Positions 32,615 through 40,389 are shown, counted from the first letter of the stretch. The stretch: 64,000 nt of DNA from an uncultured Chthoniobacter sp. (GCA_964609925.1 CAZSUJ010000005.1:9718-73717), one strand, 5' to 3'. Notes: generated from the letters alone by a model not told the origin. Translations and numbers: made by a program.

Positions 32615-33379
32615 TCAGTGGCCGTCGGAGCAGCCTTTACCACCGTTGACCGCTTGGAGTTCGATCATCCAAAGGTTTGACGCTCCGGCGGAGACGATTT
32701 CATCCCCTTCGAAGAGACCGTCCACGACCTCGATCCGGTCGCCTTGGCGGGAGCCAAGAACCACCGGGGTGCGGAGAAACGCCCCTCCGTTTGCGGCATA
32801 CACAAAACTTCCGCGCACGGACTCGACGACTGCGCTGGCCGGGATGATGGTGGCCTCACGCCGCCGTGCATCATCCTGACCCAATCGGGCTTGAAGAAAA
32901 TCCCCGACGCGGAGTTTAGCGTCCTGATCGCTCACGGTGAGGAGGACCTCGGAAGGTGCTCCGGCTTGGACGGCGGGTTTGACGGCGGCGACCGTGGCGG
33001 GAAACTCGCCCTGACCGCTTGAGAGATCGATGTGTTGACCGACCTTGAGAGCGGCCGCTTCGGCGGAGGGAACCCACAATGAAGCAGAGGCCGTCTTCTG
33101 ATCGGATGCCTCTGTGGCGGAGCGGTAGATTTGTGCGGCGATGCCGCTGCGCTCCGGGAGGATGCTGGCGGACTCGACCGGTGCCAAGCTGATGGCCGTA
33201 GCCTGCCGGGCAACCTCACTGAGGGTCAGGCCGCGACCTTCCTTAAAACTCCATGGCTCACTAGTGTGTCCCGCCTCAGGCCGCGATGCTGTGGCTTTGG
33301 AGGCTGTGCTGATGAGAATCACAGCGGTTGTTGCGGCGAGAAGGGTAAGACTGGCTGTAATGACGATGATTTTTTTCAT
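32615..33379 (-). CDS. short RND periplasmic adaptor (MFP) apparently lacking the alpha-hairpin
   Basis: MKKIIVITASLTLLAATTAVILI leader. Beta-barrel and membrane-proximal-like segments (EATIIPASAVVESVRGSFVYAANGGAFLRTPVVLGSRQGDRIEVVDGLFEGDEIVSAGA). It is only 254 aa and ends GGKGCSDGH. ATG at 33377-33379. Confidence 0.7.
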   Translation of the reverse strand: MKKIIVITASLTLLAATTAVILISTASKATASRPEAGHTSEPWSFKEGRGLTLSEVARQATAISLAPVESASILPERSGIAAQIYRSATEASDQKTASASLWVPSAEAAALKVGQHIDLSSGQGEFPATVAAVKPAVQAGAPSEVLLTVSDQDAKLRVGDFLQARLGQDDARRREATIIPASAVVESVRGSFVYAANGGAFLRTPVVLGSRQGDRIEVVDGLFEGDEIVSAGASNLWMIELQAVNGGKGCSDGH

Positions 33380-33464
33380 GGTTTTTTGCTGAATGAGATG
33401 TTGGATGGATTGGAGCGGAAGACAGGACCGGAGGCAGGTTGTGGCAGAAAGTTGAGGGCAAAAT

Positions 33465-34751
33465 TCATGGTTTGGCCTCTCTGGGCGAATCAAGTTTCCC
33501 CCCTGTTAAAAGATTCAAGTCCAGCAGAGTCCGCCAAGCGTCGAGCACGGCTTTCTGTGAGATCTGTAACGAGTTCAGATAGGCGGACTGAGTATCGAGG
33601 TAAAGCTGGGCACCGATGGAGCCGTTGCGGAATTGCGTGTCGGCCAGCGTCGAGGCTTCCTGAATGTTTTGCAAAAGCCCGGAGGGGATCATCCCCAACT
33701 GTCTTCTCGTCAACTCGTAGGCTTTCAGACGACTGAGGATTTGCGCCTCAGTCTCACGCTCGGCCTTGACTCGCAAGGCTTCTGCCATCGCGGATCGGGC
33801 TTTGGCGCCTTGAATGTTTCCGATGTTCCAATCCCAAATCGGCACACTGGCGGAGATTGCGCCACCGATATTCTGCTCGGTGTCGCCAGCCACATCGCGG
33901 CTGAAAAATGGCCCGATAGAGAAGTCGGGGGCGATGTCGAGCCGGGTGGAGGTAAGTTCGCGAGCGGAACGTTCCAATTCTTTCTGCCGAATTTTCAACA
34001 GAGGATTGTTGCTCTGCGCGGCAAAAATCATGGCCGTGTCGTCCAGTCTTTTGGTCGGGGGAGTAAGCGATGCCGAGATACGAAGCGGCAGGTTTTGCGG
34101 TCTCCCAAGTAGTGAATTGAGCTGGGCGCGGGTTTCCTCCCGACGCAGGGAAGCGTCTTTGATCGCCTCCCCAAGCTCAATCAGGCTAGCTTGGACAAGC
34201 CGGATTTCAATTTGCAGCCGTGCTCCGAAATTCGCCTGCGAGTTCAACTGCGAGGCGAGTTCATTGCTCTGTTTGTAAACGGCCTCGGCTGCCTGCGCCT
34301 CGGCCACTGCAGCAAGGTGCTCATAAGCGAGCACCCGGATTTGCCCGGCCAGAGAAAGGCGAAACTGCTCAAGGCCCAGTTCGGCAATTTCGATGTTCTT
34401 ATTCGCGATGGCCTTGCGAAGCGTTCCCTTGCCTGGAAACTCGAACGTCTGCATTACGGACACGCTGAGGGTCGTTCCGTTGCCTTGGAGGATATTTTCC
34501 GAGTCTCGGACTTCGCGTCCGCCGAATTCAAAGGAGACCTCCGGGTTTTTGAAGAATCCGGCTTGGGTGCGTTGCCCCCTCGCCGCCGCCACTTCGGCCT
34601 CAAAGGATTTCAGTTCGGCGTTGTTTGCCAATGCCATGGACACAAGGGCGTCGATGGAATTGGGAGACACCGAGGTTGGTGTTTCTTGCGCGAAAAGGGC
34701 ACTGCCTACTATGAGGCCAAGGCAGCACGCGATTAATTGTTTTCGATACAT
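33465..34751 (-). CDS. czcC: TolC-family outer-membrane efflux protein (CzcC-like)
   Basis: 428 aa with a signal peptide. ALANNAELKSFEAEVAAARGQRTQAGFFKNPEVSFEFG, and two helix/strand repeats typical of OMFs. Confidence 0.85.
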   Translation of the reverse strand: MYRKQLIACCLGLIVGSALFAQETPTSVSPNSIDALVSMALANNAELKSFEAEVAAARGQRTQAGFFKNPEVSFEFGGREVRDSENILQGNGTTLSVSVMQTFEFPGKGTLRKAIANKNIEIAELGLEQFRLSLAGQIRVLAYEHLAAVAEAQAAEAVYKQSNELASQLNSQANFGARLQIEIRLVQASLIELGEAIKDASLRREETRAQLNSLLGRPQNLPLRISASLTPPTKRLDDTAMIFAAQSNNPLLKIRQKELERSARELTSTRLDIAPDFSIGPFFSRDVAGDTEQNIGGAISASVPIWDWNIGNIQGAKARSAMAEALRVKAERETEAQILSRLKAYELTRRQLGMIPSGLLQNIQEASTLADTQFRNGSIGAQLYLDTQSAYLNSLQISQKAVLDAWRTLLDLNLLTGGKLDSPREAKP

Positions 34752-34800
34752 AGTGATTTTGGAATCGCCTCATATTGCAGGCGGATGATGATCGAGCGGT

Positions 34801-35256
34801 TCAAGAATTCCCCTCGCTATGGGAACTACTGTGGTAGGTGACCCGAATTTTTACCGCCTGCCGTGCTTGGCTCAAAGGGAAGCTGACGACATATGAATCG
34901 GTGAAACGCTTGCCACCTCCAGGAGCAGAATCCGTCGGATTGATGTCATCCTGGTCTTCTGCAATCACGTTTCCAGAAGGCCCTATCAACTGAATGTCCA
35001 CATGGGCACTGTTGCTCAGCTTATGTTTTCTCGCAGAACCAGCGACATAAAGCCGGTCAGAAGTCTCATGCGCTCGAAAACTCAGGACTTGGCACTCTCC
35101 AGAATGTTGGACTTCAATCGGAAACGGAGAGTCAGCCAGCTTGAACCAAGTGTCCAGTGAGGTGCAAGCGGCGAGCGACATCATTCCGATGACGATGGTG
35201 GCGGCAGGAAAGCCAGAGAATTCATTTGAGAAAAAAGCAGTGAAAGAGAGTTTCAT
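34801..35256 (-). CDS. hypothetical lipoprotein/secreted protein (151 aa)
   Basis: ATG at 35254-35256 with AGGA 9 nt upstream. Hydrophobic leader ending ...MMSLAAC (lipobox-like). Lower-GC DNA (about 50% at 34801-34860). No family recognised. Confidence 0.45.
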   Translation of the reverse strand: MKLSFTAFFSNEFSGFPAATIVIGMMSLAACTSLDTWFKLADSPFPIEVQHSGECQVLSFRAHETSDRLYVAGSARKHKLSNSAHVDIQLIGPSGNVIAEDQDDINPTDSAPGGGKRFTDSYVVSFPLSQARQAVKIRVTYHSSSHSEGNS

Positions 35257-35390
35257 TTTGAGTGTCCTGATTGAGTCGCCCAACGAATGTCATCAGCGCG
35301 ACGAAGTCATTTTGTTCGGGATTGACCCGGTGGATGCGGGCGAACGGCCCGACTAGACGCGAATCGAGGGCGCACCGCGCCTACGATTCG

Positions 35391-35738
35391 TCAGGACAAC
35401 TGAGGAGGATAGTCGATCTCCGATACAGGAGAGTCGGGAACGAAGAACTTTAGAGAAAAATACGCCTCGGGGTATTTGTCTGACAGCACCACAAAAGTCT
35501 GCGCCTCGGAAATTGAAATGAGTTTATGGCAGCCAAGATGCTTACAACCGCCTGATTCGTCCGCGTCAGGAGATTGGTCGGATTGGCCTGACGATGCGTC
35601 GTCACAACTTTGACGGGCCTCGTGGATGCACGAGAGCAGGTTGGCATTCTCCGCAAAGCATACAACCGACTGTCCGACGGTAGCAGCAAGGAGTAGAGCC
35701 AGAAGAAATTTGCTCAAAATCGAGATGGAACGATGCAC
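35391..35738 (-). CDS. small secreted Cys/His-containing protein (115 aa), possibly CzcI-like
   Basis: Signal peptide MHRSISILSKFLLALLLAATVG. Cys/His clusters CFAEN...SCIHEARQSC and GGCKHLGCHK. It is the first gene upstream of czcC. The family call is tentative. Confidence 0.4.
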   Translation of the reverse strand: MHRSISILSKFLLALLLAATVGQSVVCFAENANLLSCIHEARQSCDDASSGQSDQSPDADESGGCKHLGCHKLISISEAQTFVVLSDKYPEAYFSLKFFVPDSPVSEIDYPPQLS

Positions 35739-35923
35739 CCTACAAACACGATACCCCCACGATGTTCGCTGTCAATTAAAAGTAGATTCCAAGAAGATCC
35801 CCGCCTGCCAAGCTGGCTTAGGTGTCATTTACTCTTGAGGCAACAGGCCGCGCGCCGGGACCAGTTGATCCAACCCCTGCGACTGGACACAACGGAATGT
35901 GAGTCTGCGGGTAGGTTTGTTGT

Positions 35924-36298
35924 TTAGTGGTTGATGGGAACAAGGCCAGCGCGAACTGGAGCGCAGGCCGTAGGCCGGAGCGGAAGTTCGCGCTGCGCGG
36001 CCACCGACGGGGGGCGGTTGCCCAGGCTGCCGTGCGGCCGCTTGAAGTTGTATTCGTAGGCGTAGTTGCTGACGGCCGCGTTGACCTCCCGGAGGTTCAG
36101 GAAGAGCTCGCGATCCAGCAACTCCGCCCGCACCTGCGCGTGGAAGCTCTCCACATGGGCGTTCTCCCACGGCGAGCCCGGCTCGATGTAGCGCGGCCCG
36201 ATCTGTGCCGCTTCCAGCCACTTCTGCACCGACTTGGCCACGAACTCCGGCCCGTTGTCGCTGCGCAGGTATTGCGGCTTGCGGCCGCTGCACACCAT
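35924..36298 (-). pseudogene. 3' fragment of an IS3-family transposase (rve integrase core, second Asp and Glu only)
   Basis: RKPQYLRSDNGPEFVAKSVQKWLEAAQIGPRYIEPGSPWENAHVESFHAQVRAELLDRE...YNFKRPHGSLG. Upstream of about 36298 the same frame is only the antisense of the neighbouring IS fragment. Confidence 0.7.
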
Positions 36299-36964
36299 GA
36301 CCTCTTCCCAAGGTGTCGATGAGCCGCGTCCGCCGCAGGAGGAACCGGGCAAAAAAGAGCAGGTCAACTTTACCGATCCGGAGAGTCGGTTCATGAAAAC
36401 GACCAACGACTTCCAGCAAGGCAACAACGCGCAGGCGGTGGTGGAGGTCGAGAGTCGCCTGGTGGTCGGGCGGCAGGTCACCGATGCACCCAACGACAAA
36501 GAGCAACTCGCCCCGACTTTTGCGGCCATCGAGCCGGTGGCCGGGGCCGTGCGGCAAGTTCTGGTGGACAGCGGATTTGTGAGCGAGCAGGCCGTGGGGG
36601 AGATGGAGAAAGGGGGCACGGTGCAAGTGCTGGCCGCCGTCAAACGCGAGAAGCACCGGAGGCGGGTCGAGCAGTTGGAAAAGAAAGCCGATCCGCCGGA
36701 TCCCGGCCGGCAAGCGCCCTTCACCGAACGCATGGCCCGCCGGGTGGCGACCAAAGCGGGGCGCGAGCGCTACACACTACGACAACAAACCGTCGAACCC
36801 GTCTCCGGCATCATCAAGGAGGCACTGGGCCTCAGGAGGCACTGGGCTTCCGCCGGTTCTCCCTGCGCGGGTTGGCCAAAGCCAAGACCGAATGGACGCT
36901 GGTGACCCGGGCCTACAACCTCAAGCGACTCTTCCACATGAAAGTGCGGCTGCAAACCGCCTGA
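36299..36964 (+). pseudogene. 5'-truncated, frameshifted IS1182/IS5-superfamily DDE transposase fragment
   Basis: VNFTDPESRFMKTTNDFQQGNNAQAVVEVESRLVVGRQVTDAPNDKEQL...VLVDSGFVSEQ...YTLRQQTVEPVSGIIKEALG. After a 17-nt duplication the conserved tail FRRFSLRGLAKAKTEWTLVTRAYNLKRLFHM continues in another frame, ending with a stop at 36962-36964. Confidence 0.65.
36818..36851 (+). repeat. 17-nt imperfect tandem duplication (GGAGGCACTGGGCCTCA / GGAGGCACTGGGCTTCC) that frameshifts the IS1182-like gene
   Basis: Read directly; 15/17 identical. 17 is not a multiple of 3. Confidence 0.8.
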
Positions 36965-37196
36965 TCGGCCCGGGAGCCAAGCCATTTTCCTCAACCAGCA
37001 CGCTGACCGAGCCCCCAAGATCCATCCCCGACGCCATCTGCAGAAATCGCCCGGCCGGAAATTTGGAAAAATCCTACGGCTCCTGAACCCAGCGTTTCCT
37101 CAAGTCCGACAGGCTGCTACCATATGCCCTCTACCTGTGGCGGTGACCTGAGGGTCGCCGATATGCGACCATCCGACCTGCCCACCATCCCGACCA

Positions 37197-40151
37197 ATGC
37201 CACACCTGAGTTGGAACGAAGTTCGCGAGCGCGCCATCCGCTTCTCCCGCGAGCATTCGGGCGACCGGTCGGAGAGCGCTGACAAGCAGACGTTCTGGAA
37301 CGACTTCTTCAACGTCTTCGGCCTTCGCCGTGCCTCCCTCGCCTCGTTCGAGGCCAACGTCCGCAATCTCCATGGCAACACCGGGGCGATTGACCTCCTC
37401 TGGAAAGGCCGCCTGCTCGTCGAGCACAAGAGCTTCGGCCAGGACCTCGGCCTCGCGGAGACCCAGGCCTTCACCTACATCGAGGACCTTACCCGCGAGC
37501 AGCGCTGGGACGAGATCCCGCGCTTCGTCCTCATCTCCGACTTCGCCCGCTTCGTCCTCTATGACCTCGAGCCCGAGGAACAGCGGGACCTTCCTCTCTT
37601 CGCGGGCCGCCAGGTCCAGCCGCACCACTTCACCCTCGCCGAGTTTCCGCGCCATGTCCGGCACTTTGCCTTCATGCTCGGGCAGACGCGTGTGCGCCTC
37701 GACCCCGAGGACCCGGCCAATGAAAAAGCCTACGCCCGCATGTGCGAGCTGCACGACGCGCTCAAGACCGGAGGCTTCACCGGCCACGAACTCGAACGCC
37801 TCCTCGTCCGCATCCTCTTCTGCATGTTTGCCGAGGACACCGCCATCTTCGCGCCAGACGCCTTCACGCAGTTCATCCGCACCCAGACGCGCGCCGACGG
37901 AACGGACTGCGGCGCCAAGCTCAACGAACTTTTCGACTGGCTGAACAACCCCGCGGCCGACGGCCCGCTGGCCGACACCGACCCATTCGCCGGTTTCCGC
38001 TACGTCAATGGCGGCCTCTTCGCCGAGCGCCTCGGCTTCCCGCGCTTCACCCGCGCCATGCGCGACGCACTGCTCTACTGCTGCGATTTCCAATGGGCGC
38101 GCATCTCCCCCGCCGTCTTCGGCTCTCTCTTCCAAGGAGTCATGGAAGACCGCGCCCGCCGCCAACAGGGCGCGCACTACACCAGCGAGCGCGACATCAT
38201 GAAAGTGCTCCGCTCCCTCTTCCTGGACGACCTCCGCGCCGAGTGGGACCGCGTGAAAGCCGACCGCTCGACCCGGCGCGCCACCGGCCTCGAAGGCTTC
38301 CACCAAAAGCTCCGCTCCCTCCAATTCCTCGACCCCGCCTGCGGTTGCGGCAACTTCCTCGTCCTTGCCTACCGCGAACTCCGCGCGCTCGAAATCGACG
38401 TCGTCCGCGAGCTCGCCGCCGGCACCGGAGGTCAGCAACTTCTCCCCATCGTCAACGTGGATCAGTTCCACGGCATCGAATACTCCGAATGGCCCGTCCG
38501 CATCGCCGAGGTCGCCCTCTGGCTCATGGACCACCAGATGAACAACACCGCGAGCGAGGTTTTCGGGCAGCCCGTTGACCGCCTCCCGCTCACCTCCTCG
38601 CCGCACATCGTCCACGGCAATGCCCTGCGCTTGGATTGGAACACCATCGTCCCCCGCGAGCGGTGCAGCTTCGTCATGGGGAATCCGCCTTTTGTGGGCA
38701 AGCACTACCAGAACGACGAGCAGCGCGCCGACATGCGGGCGGTGTTCGGCGAATCCACCACCACGGGCGACCTCGACTACGTGACCTGCTGGTATGTGCA
38801 AGCCGCGCGCTACAGCGCCGGAACCCGCATTCCTGGTGCCTTTGTCTCAACCAACTCCATCACGCAAGGCGAGCAGGTTCCGGCTCTCTGGAGCGTTCTC
38901 TTCCGCCGGCATCATCTCAAAATCCACTTCGCCCACCGCACCTTCGCTTGGCAGAGCGAAGCACGAGGGCGAGCCCACGTCCACGTCGTCATCATCGGAT
39001 TCGGGGCTTTCGATGTGTCGCGCAAGCTCATCACCGATTACGAAGGCGATCCGGACAATCCACTCGTTGTTGCCGTAGACAATATCTCTCCCTACCTCAC
39101 CCCGGGCTCCGACTCTTTTGTCACGAAACACCGGCAACCACTCTGTGCGGTTCCGACGATGCGCTGCGGGAACAAGCCGACCGACGGCGGCCACTTCATT
39201 TTCACCGATTCTGAGCGCGAAGAATTCCTCCGCTCCGAGCCGGGTGCGGCCAAATTCTTCCGCCGCTTCACCGGCTCCGAGGAGTTTATCAACGGCAACA
39301 TGCGGTGGTGCCTGTGGCTGCGGGACGCCGCACCCCATGAATTGCGGAGTTTGCCTCGCGTCATGGAACGAGTCGAACTCGTCAGAAACATGCGCGCCAG
39401 CAGCACGGCGCGACCAACTAGAGAGGCAGCAGCGAAGCCAACCCAGTTCTTTTACGAGTCACAGCCTGACACTGACTACATCCTGATCCCCGAAGTTTCC
39501 TCTGAGCGTCGCAGCTATATTCCGATGGGCTTCATGCTCAGCGAGGTCATCTCCGCAAACACGAATTTCCTTATTCCTTCGTCTGATTATTACCTCTTTG
39601 GGGTGCTAACATCGTCGATGCACATGGCGTGGATGCGGACCGTTGGGGGACGACTAGAGTCGCGCTACCGCTATTCCGGCAGCATGGTTTACAACACCTT
39701 TCCCTGGCCTTTCACTCAAAGGAGCGCGGGCGTCCCGCCCGCATCGTCACAAAGCGGGCAGGATGCCCACGCTCCTGTCAGCGGCACCTCGGAAGCCTCC
39801 CTGCGGGCCAAAGTCGAAGCCTGCGCCCAAGCCGTCCTTGCCGCGCGCGAACCGCACCTTCCGCCCCGCGGACTCTCGAACCTGGCCGACCTCTACGATC
39901 CGCTGACCATGCCCGCCGAGTTGGCCAAGGCACATGCGGCCTTGGACCGCGCCGTGGAGAAATGTTACCGGCCCGAGCCGTTCCATTCCGACCGCGAGCG
40001 GGTCGAGTTTTTGTTCCGTCTCTACGAACAACTCACCGCCCCGCTCCTCCCCGCCAGCCCGGTCTACCCCGCCAAACGCCCCCGCGGCTCCGCCGCGAAC
40101 CCCTCGCGCCCTCGCCGCAGCCGCACGCCCGGCCTGCCCGAGGCGTCCTGA
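37197..40151 (+). CDS. MmeI-family type IIL restriction-modification enzyme (fused PD-ExK nuclease, gamma-class N6-adenine methyltransferase and target-recognition domain)
   Basis: 984 aa. N-terminal SWNEVRERAIRFS...FWNDFFNVFG...GAIDLLWKGRLLVEHKSFG (D-x9-E-x-K). SAM motif FLDPACGCGNFLV. Catalytic NPPF in FVMGNPPFVGK. Family-typical STNSITQGEQV, GNKPTDGGHFIF, QPDTDYILIPEVSSERRSYIP, GGRLESRYRYS and LADLYDPLTMP. Confidence 0.9.
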   Translation: MPHLSWNEVRERAIRFSREHSGDRSESADKQTFWNDFFNVFGLRRASLASFEANVRNLHGNTGAIDLLWKGRLLVEHKSFGQDLGLAETQAFTYIEDLTREQRWDEIPRFVLISDFARFVLYDLEPEEQRDLPLFAGRQVQPHHFTLAEFPRHVRHFAFMLGQTRVRLDPEDPANEKAYARMCELHDALKTGGFTGHELERLLVRILFCMFAEDTAIFAPDAFTQFIRTQTRADGTDCGAKLNELFDWLNNPAADGPLADTDPFAGFRYVNGGLFAERLGFPRFTRAMRDALLYCCDFQWARISPAVFGSLFQGVMEDRARRQQGAHYTSERDIMKVLRSLFLDDLRAEWDRVKADRSTRRATGLEGFHQKLRSLQFLDPACGCGNFLVLAYRELRALEIDVVRELAAGTGGQQLLPIVNVDQFHGIEYSEWPVRIAEVALWLMDHQMNNTASEVFGQPVDRLPLTSSPHIVHGNALRLDWNTIVPRERCSFVMGNPPFVGKHYQNDEQRADMRAVFGESTTTGDLDYVTCWYVQAARYSAGTRIPGAFVSTNSITQGEQVPALWSVLFRRHHLKIHFAHRTFAWQSEARGRAHVHVVIIGFGAFDVSRKLITDYEGDPDNPLVVAVDNISPYLTPGSDSFVTKHRQPLCAVPTMRCGNKPTDGGHFIFTDSEREEFLRSEPGAAKFFRRFTGSEEFINGNMRWCLWLRDAAPHELRSLPRVMERVELVRNMRASSTARPTREAAAKPTQFFYESQPDTDYILIPEVSSERRSYIPMGFMLSEVISANTNFLIPSSDYYLFGVLTSSMHMAWMRTVGGRLESRYRYSGSMVYNTFPWPFTQRSAGVPPASSQSGQDAHAPVSGTSEASLRAKVEACAQAVLAAREPHLPPRGLSNLADLYDPLTMPAELAKAHAALDRAVEKCYRPEPFHSDRERVEFLFRLYEQLTAPLLPASPVYPAKRPRGSAANPSRPRRSRTPGLPEAS
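39726..39770 (+). repeat. twin GC-rich hairpins (GCGGGCG-TCC-CGCCCGC and GCGGGCA-GGA-TGCCCAC) inside the MmeI-like coding sequence
   Basis: Read directly at 39726-39742 (perfect 7-bp stem) and 39754-39770 (6/7). They translate in frame as ...SAGVPPASSQSGQDAHAP... Confidence 0.6.
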
Positions 40152-40156
40152 AACGT

Positions 40157-40389
40157 CTTTGTGCCGGCGTGCACAGCCTTTGTGCACGCGAGCACACGCC
40201 TTGTGCCACCCCGCACAGAGCTTGTTCCTGCCTGCACCAGCGTTGTGCCAGCGCGCACAGACCTTGTTCCCACGGGAACAGCCTTTGTGCCAGCGCGCAC
40301 AAGCCTTGTTCCTGCAGGAACAGGCTTTGTTCCCGCGCGCACACCTTCTGTTCCTGCGTGCACAAAGCCTGTTCCCGCGTGCACGGGGG
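40157..40389. repeat. 11 tandem 21-bp units, each with a 16-bp dyad TGT[G/T]C-N6-G[C/A]ACA
   Basis: Left arms start at 40160, 40181, 40202, 40223, 40244, 40265, 40286, 40307, 40328, 40349 and 40370, an exact 21-bp register. Arms are conserved while the N6 spacers vary. All six frames are open across the array. Confidence 0.9.

Noticed and set aside
35829-36905. Intact transposase genes suggested by ORFs 35829..36713(-), 35924..36754(-) and 36234..36905(+).
   Set aside because: Only about 125 codons (minus strand) and about 220 codons (plus strand) resemble transposases. The remainder of each ORF is the antisense of the other fragment, and the plus-strand gene is also frameshifted.
40157-40389. 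CRISPR array.
   Set aside because: The 21-bp units are contiguous with no unique spacers, are shorter than CRISPR repeats, and no cas genes are present in the window.
40157-40389. SOS (LexA) boxes; I recall a Verrucomicrobial LexA motif of the form TGTTC-N4-GAACA.
   Set aside because: The arms match only in units 6 and 8, and the spacer here is uniformly N6, not N4. Eleven phased copies with no SOS gene nearby do not fit a LexA operator.
40157-40389. Array as binding sites for the LytTR regulator encoded at 7302-8075 (LytTR sites use 9-bp repeats in a 21-bp register).
   Set aside because: The register matches, but the units are inverted rather than direct repeats. They do not resemble the known LytTR consensus, and the regulator lies 32 kb away. 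This is kept only as a low-probability alternative within the main finding.
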